Notes under the pieces: model-generated | What the model was told of the DNA's origin: nothing | What the model saw: only the letters and a program-made list of their open reading frames with translations | The model's database searches: none | Program-made: the position numbers and the translations under genes | Shown: piece by piece, positions 10,062 through 19,502 of the stretch | How the letters are laid out: the number at the start of each line of letters is the position of its first letter | Numbering within the stretch: position 1 is the first letter of the stretch | NCBI GenBank assembly: GCA_018696595.1 | Contig: JABHQW010000008.1 | Location: 64,001-128,000, forward strand | Reading direction: 5' to 3' | Source: Candidatus Woesearchaeota archaeon | GTDB taxonomy: Archaea > Nanobdellota > Nanobdellia > Woesearchaeales > GW2011-AR9 | DNA: 64,000 bases

Positions 10062-10712
10062 ATGAACTACGTAGTTATTCCAGCACATAACGAAGAAAAG
10101 CATCTCGAACAAGTAATTGATACAACAAAAAAAAATTGTGAGAATATTATTGTTGTTGATGATGGTAGCAAAGATAAAACTTCGGAAATTGCTAAAAAGA
10201 AAGGGGTTTTATTGTTAAAATTAAAAGTTAATTTAGGTAAAGGTGCAGCATTAAAAACAGGGTGTGATTATGCTTATATCAATGGAGCTAAAAAGATAGT
10301 AGTAATGGACGCCGATGGCCAACATAATCCCAACCAAATACCATTATTCTTAAACAACCTTGATAATCATGACATTATTTTTGGGTACAGACAAAGATCA
10401 AAAGACATGCCAGCCATTCTAAGATTTGGCAATTGGTTTATTAATAAAACAGTGTCCATTCTTTACAATGTTTCATTAAATGATACTCAGTCAGGTTATA
10501 GGTCATTTACTAATAAAACATACAAAAAGATAAGATGGCAAGCTTCTGATTATAGTATGGAATCAGAAATGATTGCCAATACAGGAAAACATAAATTACG
10601 ATACAAACAAATACCAATTGAAACAATATATTCAGACAATTATAAAGGCACAACAGTTATTGATGGAATTAAGATTGTCTTAAAGACAATTAGTTGGAGG
10701 TTATTAAAATGA
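10062..10712 (+). CDS. GT2, DPM1-like polyprenyl-phosphate sugar synthase
   Basis: PAHNEE, VDDGSKD, NLGKG, MDADGQH and DTQSGYR motifs. Confidence 0.85.
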   Translation: MNYVVIPAHNEEKHLEQVIDTTKKNCENIIVVDDGSKDKTSEIAKKKGVLLLKLKVNLGKGAALKTGCDYAYINGAKKIVVMDADGQHNPNQIPLFLNNLDNHDIIFGYRQRSKDMPAILRFGNWFINKTVSILYNVSLNDTQSGYRSFTNKTYKKIRWQASDYSMESEMIANTGKHKLRYKQIPIETIYSDNYKGTTVIDGIKIVLKTISWRLLK

Positions 10713-11062
10713 GCACTACATTTTGGATTCAATTATTAGGGGCTATTTTTGGTATAGCTATGTCATACTTCACTTATGTTAAATTTAAAAGAAAAGAATT
10801 AAGTTCGACAGAAGTAGTTTTTTGGACAGGCGGATGGTTATTATTAATATTAGTAGCAATTATCCCGGAGATCTTAGATCCAATAATTGGCCCATTAAAC
10901 TTTTATCGCAGATTAGATTTTTTTGTAGTTTTAGGATTTTTCTTTTTATTGGGAATTGGATTTTACAATTATAGCCTCACTAAAAAAATGGAGAAAAAAA
11001 TTGAACGTTTAGTTAGAACAGAAGCAATTAATCAAAGAAAGGATGATAAAATAGAAGAATGA
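10709..11062 (+). CDS. DUF2304-like small membrane protein, partner of the DPM1-like GT2
   Basis: Three TMs, a coiled C-terminus (EKKIERLVR), ATGA overlap with the GT2 and a GGAGG ribosome-binding site. Confidence 0.7.
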   Translation: MSTTFWIQLLGAIFGIAMSYFTYVKFKRKELSSTEVVFWTGGWLLLILVAIIPEILDPIIGPLNFYRRLDFFVVLGFFFLLGIGFYNYSLTKKMEKKIERLVRTEAINQRKDDKIEE

Positions 11063-12198
11063 AAATACTATTTATTTGTGAGAATTACTTGCCCCATTAT
11101 GGGGGTGCCGAAGTTGTTTTCAAGAATCTTGCAGAATCTTATGCCATTAAAGGTCATAACGTTGCATTACTAACTCACCAAATTAAAGGAACAAAAAAAA
11201 GAGAAGAAATGGGGGCAGTTAAGGTTATCAGAGTCCCCTCATTTAACTCCAGATATATTTTTAGTTTTTCTGCTATTCTTAAGGCAATTAAATTAGCTAA
11301 ACATTGTGATGTAATCCAAACAACTACTTTTAATGGAACTTTTCCTGCTTGGATAGCTGCCAAAGTTTGCCGCAAACCAATAGTAATCACTGTACATGAA
11401 GTTTGGGTTAATAAATGGAGAAAAGTGACTAGTTTTCCCCGCTGGAAATGCTTCATTCATGATTTATTAGAAAGAGCAATTTATTTGTTACCATATGACC
11501 AATATGTTTGTGTTTCCAATGCAACAAAAAAAGACTTGCTTAAATTAGGAATAAATGAAAATAAAGTAAAAACAATCTATAATGGATTAGATTATAATTT
11601 CTGGAACAAAAATAATTTTAGTGACAAAAAGGTTCAAGAGATTAAGGAGCAACTCAATCTTAAAAAGAAAGTAGTTTATTACGCTAGTGGAAGACCCGGA
11701 GAATCAAAAGGTTTTGAAACTTTCATTAAAGCAATCCCTTTAATAAAGAGTAAAGTTCCAAATTCTTTTTTCTTATTAGCTTTGGGGTCTGTTGAAAAAT
11801 ACAAAAGAAAACATTTAGAATTACTGGCCTTAATAAAAAAGTTAAGAATTGAAAAAGAGATAAAAGTAATGAATTCTGTGCCATATGAAGAATTAGGACA
11901 TTATCTCAAAGCAGCCAATTATGTGGTGGTTCCTTCATTGGCGGAAGGATTTGGTTACACTACTGTTGAAGCAGTAGCAATGGAGAAACCAGTAATTGTT
12001 AGTAATGCGGGCTCACTTCCCGAAGTGGTTAGTGGTAAACACCTCATCTTTAAAAAAGGAAGCCCCATTGATTTAGCAGAGAAAGCGATACAAACAAATC
12101 AAGGCCAATACGAAAAAAGTAAAATGAAAAAGTTTTTATGGCAAAATAGTGTTCAAAGCTATTTGAGAGTTTATGAAAGATTGCTTAACCGTTTCTGA
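11059..12198 (+). CDS. GT4 family glycosyltransferase
   Basis: YGGAEVV N-terminal motif and EGFGYTTVE (EX7E). Confidence 0.85.
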   Translation: MKILFICENYLPHYGGAEVVFKNLAESYAIKGHNVALLTHQIKGTKKREEMGAVKVIRVPSFNSRYIFSFSAILKAIKLAKHCDVIQTTTFNGTFPAWIAAKVCRKPIVITVHEVWVNKWRKVTSFPRWKCFIHDLLERAIYLLPYDQYVCVSNATKKDLLKLGINENKVKTIYNGLDYNFWNKNNFSDKKVQEIKEQLNLKKKVVYYASGRPGESKGFETFIKAIPLIKSKVPNSFFLLALGSVEKYKRKHLELLALIKKLRIEKEIKVMNSVPYEELGHYLKAANYVVVPSLAEGFGYTTVEAVAMEKPVIVSNAGSLPEVVSGKHLIFKKGSPIDLAEKAIQTNQGQYEKSKMKKFLWQNSVQSYLRVYERLLNRF

Positions 12199-14192
12199 AT
12201 TAATGGTTTCCACCACCATTCGTTATCCCTATACCAAGAAATAGTTTTATCCAAACCTTCCTCGAAGCTGATTTGTGGTCTCCAACCAAGCGCATAAAGT
12301 TTATCAACATTAACACTATACCTTTTATCATTGAATGGTCGGTCTCTTACAAAGGTAATATAAGAATCATCTTTTCCCACCTTACTGATAATTAATTTTG
12401 TTAGTTCCAAGTTGGAGATTTCTTCATGGGTCCCAATGTTATAAGTTTCACCCACTATGCCACGTTCAAAAACAACATCTAATGCTGAACAAAAGTCTTC
12501 AACATGAATATAAGTTCTAATATTTTTGCCGTCACCATGTAAAGGAACTTTTTGATCCTGTAAAAGTTGAGTTATAAAACAAGGAATTATTTTTTCTGGA
12601 AACTGGTGTGAACCATAATTATTATTACCCCTAACAATAATAATTGGTAAGTTGTATGCCGTACAATACCCTTTAACAATCATCTCTGCAGCTGCTTTTG
12701 AAGCAGAGTAAGGATTCGTTGGATTTAACTTATCATCTTCTTTAAAACTGCCTTCTAAAATATCCCCATAAACTTCATCAGTAGAAACATGGATAATTCT
12801 CTTTATGTTACATTGGCGAGCCACTTCCATTAAAACATGTGTCCCATAAGTATTAGATTGAGTAAATATTAGTGAACTTTCAAAAGAATTGTCAACATGA
12901 CTCTCGGCAGCTAAATGAATTAAACAATCAACACCTTGTAATAAATGAGCCAAAAAGTTAAAATCACAAATATCCCCCCGTACAAAACTATAATTATCTT
13001 TATTATCAAGATCCTTTAAGCTATCTAAATTTCCGGCATATGTTAACTTATCAAAATTAATAAAATTGTGTTGTGGGTACTTGTTAACCATATAACGAAT
13101 AAAATTACTTCCAATAAAACCAGCCCCACCAGTTATAACAATCTTCATTTTATTTTTTATTTTGTTTCCTAATTCATTTTTAAAACCATCAATCATTTGT
13201 CCTTCACCATCCAAAGAATTATTCTTTTTAATATTATCAAAACAAGCATTTTTATTATTGTGATTAATATATTTATTTTTTAATCTTCCAATTCCTTCTT
13301 CTAAAAATATTTTTGGAGACCACCCGGTGATAGTTTTAATTTTTGTTATATCCATAACACAACTATCTAATTCAAACAACTTTTCTTTGTAAGCTAGCTC
13401 TTCAAATACAATGTTACTATTACTTTCACAAATAGAAATTATTTGTTTAGCAACATCCCTCATAATAACTCCTTCCCCAGAACCAACATTAAATACTCCC
13501 GTTGATTTTAAATCAATAAGTCTTAGGAAAAGATTAGTTAAATCATCAATGTAAAGAAAATCTTTAAAATCATTTCCATCACCAAAGACATTAATATCTT
13601 GATTACTAATGGCTTTTTTTACGAAAATAGGAATTACATTGTTTGGTTCTCCCCGACAATCAAACCCATAAACACTAGAAACTCTTAATGAAATTATTTT
13701 CAAACCATAGATCTTATGATAATAATTGATATACTGTTCCGCAGTTTGTTTGTGTATTCCATAAAGTGAAAAAGGATTTTGAAAAAAATCCTCGTTAATC
13801 TTTTTATCTAAAGCCCCAGTTTTTCCAAATTGTGTCCGCGAACCAATAAATATATGATAACAATTTGGATTAACATTTTTGATTGCTTCTAAAACATTTA
13901 ATTCCCCTAAGCAATTAACTTTTAAACTATTGATAGCAATTTTATCTTCAACATGTTTATCTATTACTGCAGCTAAATTTATAACAACATCATGATCTTT
14001 AATTAATCTCTCAACTAATAAGTAATCGGTGATAGACCCACTCACAAAATTAACTTTTTTAAAAAAAGCACAAGATTGAATTTTATTCTCATTATTAGCT
14101 AGAATAGTAATATGGTTTTCTTGTTCCAAAAGTGTTTTCACTAAGTTTAACCCAATAAAACCATTCCCTCCAATTATTAAAATTCTTTTCAT
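12171..14192 (-). CDS. rmlB: Tandem SDR fusion: NAD-dependent epimerase/dehydratase + dTDP-glucose 4,6-dehydratase (RmlB-like)
   Basis: Two GxxGxxG Rossmann motifs (GGNGFIG, GGAGFIG) and two YxxxK motifs. The C-terminal half has DKLTYAG, HLAAESHVD, STDEVYG and NPYSASK. Confidence 0.8.
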   Translation of the reverse strand: MKRILIIGGNGFIGLNLVKTLLEQENHITILANNENKIQSCAFFKKVNFVSGSITDYLLVERLIKDHDVVINLAAVIDKHVEDKIAINSLKVNCLGELNVLEAIKNVNPNCYHIFIGSRTQFGKTGALDKKINEDFFQNPFSLYGIHKQTAEQYINYYHKIYGLKIISLRVSSVYGFDCRGEPNNVIPIFVKKAISNQDINVFGDGNDFKDFLYIDDLTNLFLRLIDLKSTGVFNVGSGEGVIMRDVAKQIISICESNSNIVFEELAYKEKLFELDSCVMDITKIKTITGWSPKIFLEEGIGRLKNKYINHNNKNACFDNIKKNNSLDGEGQMIDGFKNELGNKIKNKMKIVITGGAGFIGSNFIRYMVNKYPQHNFINFDKLTYAGNLDSLKDLDNKDNYSFVRGDICDFNFLAHLLQGVDCLIHLAAESHVDNSFESSLIFTQSNTYGTHVLMEVARQCNIKRIIHVSTDEVYGDILEGSFKEDDKLNPTNPYSASKAAAEMIVKGYCTAYNLPIIIVRGNNNYGSHQFPEKIIPCFITQLLQDQKVPLHGDGKNIRTYIHVEDFCSALDVVFERGIVGETYNIGTHEEISNLELTKLIISKVGKDDSYITFVRDRPFNDKRYSVNVDKLYALGWRPQISFEEGLDKTISWYRDNEWWWKPLIQKRLSNLS

Positions 14193-14226
14193 TTTATGCC
14201 AAAAGTAAATTCTTTATTTTTATTCT

Positions 14227-15876
14227 TTATTTTTTATCTCTTTTTGCTATTATGGCATTAATTCTTTTATAATCTTCAAATGTATGAATTTCAGTCCAAC
14301 CTTTATTGACTTCTAAACAATCAACTTTGTGTCCTTGCTCAATTAACTTTTGAATAGCATAAGTAAAATCTTTGTTTTTCATTTCTTCATAATTCTCAGA
14401 ATAGATTTGTTTTAGTAACTCGGTACCTTGTCCCGAAAACATTGCCATGCCAATAAATTCAAAATTTGCTTCATCCGGATCTAAATGTGAACCAATTTTA
14501 ACAATTTCATTATGGTCATCAAAAGTTAATGATCTTTCACCTAGATAGGGGTCTCTTTTACCAACAACAAGATCTAACTTTTTATTATACCGATTAGCAT
14601 TTAATTTATATGAAGAATCAATCACTAAAGTAATATCTCCTTCTTTCTTAATTAATCTTTCAACAATGTCCTTATCAAAAAGAAGGTCAGAATAAAGCAT
14701 TAGAATTTTTCCGTTCATTTTATCTTTAGCAGTCATGATTGAATGTAACGCTTTGGTGTTTTCATATTCAGAGTTATGATACTTATTAATTGCAGGAAGA
14801 TTAATTTTTTCCCCACAATAGCCAGTAACTACACTAATATCATTAATCTTAAGAGAATTAAGAATCTCAATATTTCTTTGAATAATTGGTTTGCCATTAA
14901 TATCAAGTAAACAAAGAGGGGTATCTTTTAGGTATACATCATTGAGCTTAGGATCTATTGGCTTACCAGCGGCAGGAATAATAACTTTAATCTCTTCAAA
15001 GTCTCCTTTAACATATTTCGTTTCATGGTCCTTCATTTCAAAAGTACCTTGAAGTTCAAACAATTCTTTTACTGGAATCAATTTTTCTGAGATTGTATGA
15101 ATCCCTCCTTGTTCTTTTATTTCCTTAAGTGTTTCTTTAATAGAAGTTACTGCAGATCTAATCACATGATTAGCATAAATAACCATCTTAACTTTAGGGT
15201 GATTTTTTATTTTATCCTCAGTCAAAGTGTAATAATTTGTAGGAACAATGACGATTGGAATATCTTCTTTCCACTCTTCAATAAACCTAATAACTTCTGC
15301 AGGATCACTTTGTTTAGAATGAATCATAATTGCATCTGCCCCTGCCTCAACATAAGCTTTGGCTCTTTTTTTTGCTTCTTCATGACCCCATCCAGCAATG
15401 AGGGCTTCAACACGAGCAATAACCATGAAATCATCATCTCGTTGAGCATTTTTAGCAGCCATAATCTTTCCAGAGAACTCAGCAATAGATGCTAATTCTT
15501 GTTTCCCTCCAACTAAAAGGCTATTCTGTTTTGGAAACTTTTTATCTTCCATAATTACTCCTGCAATTCCGGCTGCCTCAAATTTTTGAACCATCCGAAT
15601 TACGTTAATAGAATTACCATAACCTTGATCAACATCAACAACAACGGGAATCGTAACTGCATCATTCATAGAAACTGCCGCATCTAAATAGTCTGTCATA
15701 GTGAGAATATTAGCATCTGGAACAGCATGTGACGCCGAAACTTCTAAAGAAGAAGCCCAAACTCCTTCAAAGCCTGCTTTCTCGATTAATTTCGCAGTCA
15801 AACCATTATGAGCCCCAACTAAACGAAAGAACCCAGGAAGATTAAATAATTCACGCAATTTTTTTGATTTTTCCAT
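14227..15876 (-). CDS. pepM: Phosphoenolpyruvate mutase fused to a C-terminal sugar-phosphate nucleotidyltransferase-like domain
   Basis: GAHNGLTAK, DVDQGYG, the diagnostic EDKKFPKQNS (EDKx5NS) and ARVEALIAG motifs. C-terminal VIIPAAG...P.CLLDINGKPII...YSDLLFD is an NTP-transferase fold. Confidence 0.92.
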   Translation of the reverse strand: MEKSKKLRELFNLPGFFRLVGAHNGLTAKLIEKAGFEGVWASSLEVSASHAVPDANILTMTDYLDAAVSMNDAVTIPVVVDVDQGYGNSINVIRMVQKFEAAGIAGVIMEDKKFPKQNSLLVGGKQELASIAEFSGKIMAAKNAQRDDDFMVIARVEALIAGWGHEEAKKRAKAYVEAGADAIMIHSKQSDPAEVIRFIEEWKEDIPIVIVPTNYYTLTEDKIKNHPKVKMVIYANHVIRSAVTSIKETLKEIKEQGGIHTISEKLIPVKELFELQGTFEMKDHETKYVKGDFEEIKVIIPAAGKPIDPKLNDVYLKDTPLCLLDINGKPIIQRNIEILNSLKINDISVVTGYCGEKINLPAINKYHNSEYENTKALHSIMTAKDKMNGKILMLYSDLLFDKDIVERLIKKEGDITLVIDSSYKLNANRYNKKLDLVVGKRDPYLGERSLTFDDHNEIVKIGSHLDPDEANFEFIGMAMFSGQGTELLKQIYSENYEEMKNKDFTYAIQKLIEQGHKVDCLEVNKGWTEIHTFEDYKRINAIIAKRDKK

Positions 15877-16009
15877 AATTTCACCTAATGCAAAAGCAGA
15901 ATTGAAAACTTATAAAACTTATGAATTTGTCTTATTAATTAAGACTATTAATTAAAATATTAAATGAAAGTCTTCCCAAAAAATAACAAAAATAACGTTA
16001 ATCTTTACT

Positions 16010-16025
16010 CCATAGAATATATAAA
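16010..16025 (+). promoter_or_regulatory. BRE/TATA promoter of the GT4 gene at 16048; identical 16-mer to 21198-21213
   Basis: CCATAGAATATATAAA ending about 23 nt before the ATG. Confidence 0.55.
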
Positions 16026-16047
16026 GGGACTACCTTAAATCAAATTT

Positions 16048-17103
16048 ATGAAAATCTTATTAGTCCATGAATTATTTATGCCCGACCAAGTTGGAGGGGG
16101 CGAAGTTTTAGTTTATGAATTAGCAAAAGGACTAATTAAGAAAGGTCACGAAGTCAAAGTCTTTACAACTGGAAAGCCAGAAATTAAACAGTATGAGAAT
16201 ATCCCAACAGTTAGAATAAATATCAACAGATATTTGTTTAATTTTTCATTTCTAAAAATAAAGAAATTAGCTAAAGATTATGATATCATTCAATCTTTTA
16301 GTTATAATGCTGCCTTCCCATCATATTTAGCTAGCAAACTTGGAAAAAAGCCAGTTATTTGTACCATCTTGGGAGTATACGGAAAAACTTGGAAGAAATT
16401 AAGAAAATTAAGTTTCTTTTGGAGAATGATGGAAAAAGTACAACTTAACAGAAAATTTAATGCCACTGTTTTCTTAAGCCCTCTCTCTCGTGAAATTGGT
16501 CATGAGATTGGGATGAAGATGGCCCCAAATTTTATAATTCCTTCAGGAGTTAATTTATCTAACACCCATCCCAATCTAAAAAAGGAGAAGTTTGTTCTTT
16601 TTGTAGGGAGGCTTTCAAAACAAAAAGGATTAGATTTACTTATTGATACAGCAGTTTTACTTCCAGAAATTAAGTTTGTTTTAGTAGGTGAAGGACCAGA
16701 AAAACAAAAGTTGCAACAAAAAGCAACGAAAAATGTTAGTTTTCTTCCTCCACAATACGGAGACAAATTGTTCAATCTATTTGGAAAAGCTCAGATTTTT
16801 TGTTTACCTTCTTACGCAGAAGGATTTCCAGTTGTTATAGTAGAAGCCATGGCCTCCGGTTGTGCCATTGTTTCAACTTTAGATTATCCTTATCATGGCC
16901 AGTACGTACCAAATAGGTGTCCGAACGAACTAGCCACTACAATTGAGAAATTGTATAATAATGAAAAATTATTACAGAAATATTCCAATAGCAATATTAA
17001 AGATTCTCGAGATTATACTTGGAATAACTTCGTTAATAAAACGGAACAAGTTTATCATTGGGTTCTAAATCAGAAAACATCAGAAAAAGAGATTGAAGAT
17101 TAA
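16048..17103 (+). CDS. GT4 family glycosyltransferase
   Basis: VGGGEV, FVGRLSKQKG and EGFPVVIVE motifs. Confidence 0.85.
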   Translation: MKILLVHELFMPDQVGGGEVLVYELAKGLIKKGHEVKVFTTGKPEIKQYENIPTVRININRYLFNFSFLKIKKLAKDYDIIQSFSYNAAFPSYLASKLGKKPVICTILGVYGKTWKKLRKLSFFWRMMEKVQLNRKFNATVFLSPLSREIGHEIGMKMAPNFIIPSGVNLSNTHPNLKKEKFVLFVGRLSKQKGLDLLIDTAVLLPEIKFVLVGEGPEKQKLQQKATKNVSFLPPQYGDKLFNLFGKAQIFCLPSYAEGFPVVIVEAMASGCAIVSTLDYPYHGQYVPNRCPNELATTIEKLYNNEKLLQKYSNSNIKDSRDYTWNNFVNKTEQVYHWVLNQKTSEKEIED

Positions 17104-17186
17104 TGCACAAGAATTATAAATGAATTATAACCATTAACTACCTATTAATTTAAAAAAATTAACGAGAATGGATTAATTAATTGAAA

Positions 17187-18308
17187 ATGATAAACCCAGC
17201 ACAATTTTACGAACTTTTACAAACTAAAGAACTAACTATGTTTACCGGGGTGCCTGATTCTACCTTAAAACAATTATGTGCTTACATCACAGATCATGTG
17301 CCTCCAGAAAGAAATATTATAACTGCAAATGAAGGTAATGCAATTGGTTTAGCAAGTGGGTATTACTTAAGCACAAACAACCCTGCCATCGTTTACATGC
17401 AAAATTCGGGATTGGGAAATTGTGTTAATCCCTTAACTTCTTTAACTGATGAAGATGTTTATTCTATTCCAATGTTATTGATTATCGGCTGGAGAGGCGA
17501 ACCAGGAAAAAAAGATGAACCGCAACATGTAAGAATGGGACAAATAACTCTGGAGATGTTGGATGTTCTAAAAATACCTTATTCTATTATTCCTGATACA
17601 ATTGAAGAAACAGAAATAGAGGTTAGTAAAGCTGTTGTTCATATGAACAATCATAAAACACCTTATGCTCTTGTTGTAAGAAAAGGAACTTTCACGGAAC
17701 ATAAATTACAAAATACAAAAACAACAAATTATCCCCTTAATCGCGAACAAGCAATAAGGACCCTTGTTCCGTTATTAGAAGAAGATGCTATTATAGTTTC
17801 AACCACTGGAAAAACATCAAGAGAATTATTTGAATTTAGAGAAGAACTTCAACAAGGACACGAAAGAGATTTCTTAACTGTTGGTTCAATGGGCCATTCA
17901 TCTTCAATTACTTTAGGAGTCGCCTTACAAAAACCAAAAAAGAAAGTATACTGTTTTGATGGTGATGGTGCGCTAATAATGCACATGGGTGCCTTATCAA
18001 CAATTGGCCAGTTACAACCAAAGAATCTGTGTCATATTGTATTGAATAATTTTGCACATGATTCGGTCGGGGGACAACCAACTGCTGCAGACAATATTGA
18101 TATTCCGCAAGTTGCTCAAGCTAACGGATATAAGAAAGTGTTCTCGGCTCAAAGCGAAGAAGAGATTAGAGCTAAAATAAAAGAAATCCAACAACTAGAA
18201 GGGCCAACATTATTAGAAATTAAAGTAAACAAAGGGGCAAGAAAAGAATTAGGAAGACCCACTACAACACCAAAAGAGAACAAATCTGAATTGATGAAGT
18301 ATTTATAA
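17187..18308 (+). CDS. ppd: Phosphonopyruvate decarboxylase (ThDP-dependent)
   Basis: FTGVPDSTLK, ANEGNAIG, YMQNSGLGN, GWRGEPG..DEPQH and GDGALIMHMG...NN motifs. ATG 17187 preferred over TTG 17181. Confidence 0.92.
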   Translation: MINPAQFYELLQTKELTMFTGVPDSTLKQLCAYITDHVPPERNIITANEGNAIGLASGYYLSTNNPAIVYMQNSGLGNCVNPLTSLTDEDVYSIPMLLIIGWRGEPGKKDEPQHVRMGQITLEMLDVLKIPYSIIPDTIEETEIEVSKAVVHMNNHKTPYALVVRKGTFTEHKLQNTKTTNYPLNREQAIRTLVPLLEEDAIIVSTTGKTSRELFEFREELQQGHERDFLTVGSMGHSSSITLGVALQKPKKKVYCFDGDGALIMHMGALSTIGQLQPKNLCHIVLNNFAHDSVGGQPTAADNIDIPQVAQANGYKKVFSAQSEEEIRAKIKEIQQLEGPTLLEIKVNKGARKELGRPTTTPKENKSELMKYL

Positions 18309-18390
18309 CTCATTCTCCTCGAAGGAAAATTTATTAAAATTTCTAACTAACTATACTCATAATTAAAAAGATTCAAAAAAGACTCTTTAC

Positions 18391-19452
18391 TTAATTATCT
18401 TCCCAATCCTTTTTTGGAATTCTCCAGTCTTTTCCATAAACAAATTCGAGATGTTTTTCAGGATTAAAAGGGGCATGATACTCTTTCCCATAAAAATCTA
18501 TTTTTCCTAATTGACTATAATGTTCTCTTAAAAACTTCCACTCAATGATTCTACAATCTTTTAGTGAAACTTTTTCCCATAATAATTGAATTAATTTCCC
18601 TTTATAAGGAATAAAAGTAAATATAAATATCACTACATTAAAAAAACCTTTTAAAAACCAAGAAGGGATTCTTGAATCTTGTAGCTCTCCACCATGCCTT
18701 CTTATTAAAGTAATAAATGTATTTATTATCATCCTTCGCTTTTTTATGCCATCTCTAGCTGCCAACAACAACCAACCCAATAACGCAGTAATTTTTGTTT
18801 TTTTCTTTAAACTTTTTGTTTGAAAAAAAACTAAATAGTCCTTTTTTTTCCTAAGAATATGAATATTAATATGTAATGAACCTTTCTTTCTAAATGTAAT
18901 CATTCCACGATCAGCAAACCAACATACTTCAAACCCCTGATCTGATAGCTTATTAAGAGCATCTAGTAATGTATTTATATTAATTTCTTCCCTCACCATA
19001 CTAGTATCAATATCACAATCCCAAGATAATATTTTCTTATCCCTAACTGCTCCAAGAAGGGTACCACAATCTAATCTCCAAATTAAGTTATGTTCTTCAA
19101 ATACCTCTTTTATTTCTTCTAACGCTTTCACTGTTCCTTTTTCATGTGGGTTTTTTTCTTTTGAAGAAATTGTGGGCGTGTTCTTTCTAGAAATAACTTT
19201 TTCATTTAACTCCATTTGTATTTTTTGATTAATACTTTTATCTTTTATATTTCCAATTTTAGTTAAGTGTTTCCTAAAAGGACCGAGATTTGTCCTAAAT
19301 ATTCTACAATTTAACCAAAGGTATCCTTTCTCTTTTGTAATAGTATACACATTTTCTCTGAAAGGGTCTAATGGTGGTGTAAACCGAGTTGTTTTTACTA
19401 TATCGCCAACTTTAAAAATTGTTTTTGTCATTTTCTTTATTATTCTCCACAT
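18391..19452 (-). CDS. LicD-family nucleotidyltransferase-fold phospho-headgroup transferase with N-terminal extension
   Basis: LDCGTLLGAVRD...WDCDID and C-terminal P...E.HLEFVYG.DW.IP LicD motifs. The true start may be ATG 19431. Confidence 0.8.
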   Translation of the reverse strand: MWRIIKKMTKTIFKVGDIVKTTRFTPPLDPFRENVYTITKEKGYLWLNCRIFRTNLGPFRKHLTKIGNIKDKSINQKIQMELNEKVISRKNTPTISSKEKNPHEKGTVKALEEIKEVFEEHNLIWRLDCGTLLGAVRDKKILSWDCDIDTSMVREEININTLLDALNKLSDQGFEVCWFADRGMITFRKKGSLHINIHILRKKKDYLVFFQTKSLKKKTKITALLGWLLLAARDGIKKRRMIINTFITLIRRHGGELQDSRIPSWFLKGFFNVVIFIFTFIPYKGKLIQLLWEKVSLKDCRIIEWKFLREHYSQLGKIDFYGKEYHAPFNPEKHLEFVYGKDWRIPKKDWEDN

Positions 19453-19473
19453 AGTTAATCAATAAAATCAAAG

Positions 19474-19498
19474 ATTATAATTACTAAGTAATTATAAT
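19474..19498. repeat. Perfect 12-bp inverted repeat with a 1-nt spacer
   Basis: ATTATAATTACT-A-AGTAATTATAAT in the 50-bp gap between the radical SAM stop and the licD start. Confidence 0.8.
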
Positions 19499-19502
19499 TA
19501 AA

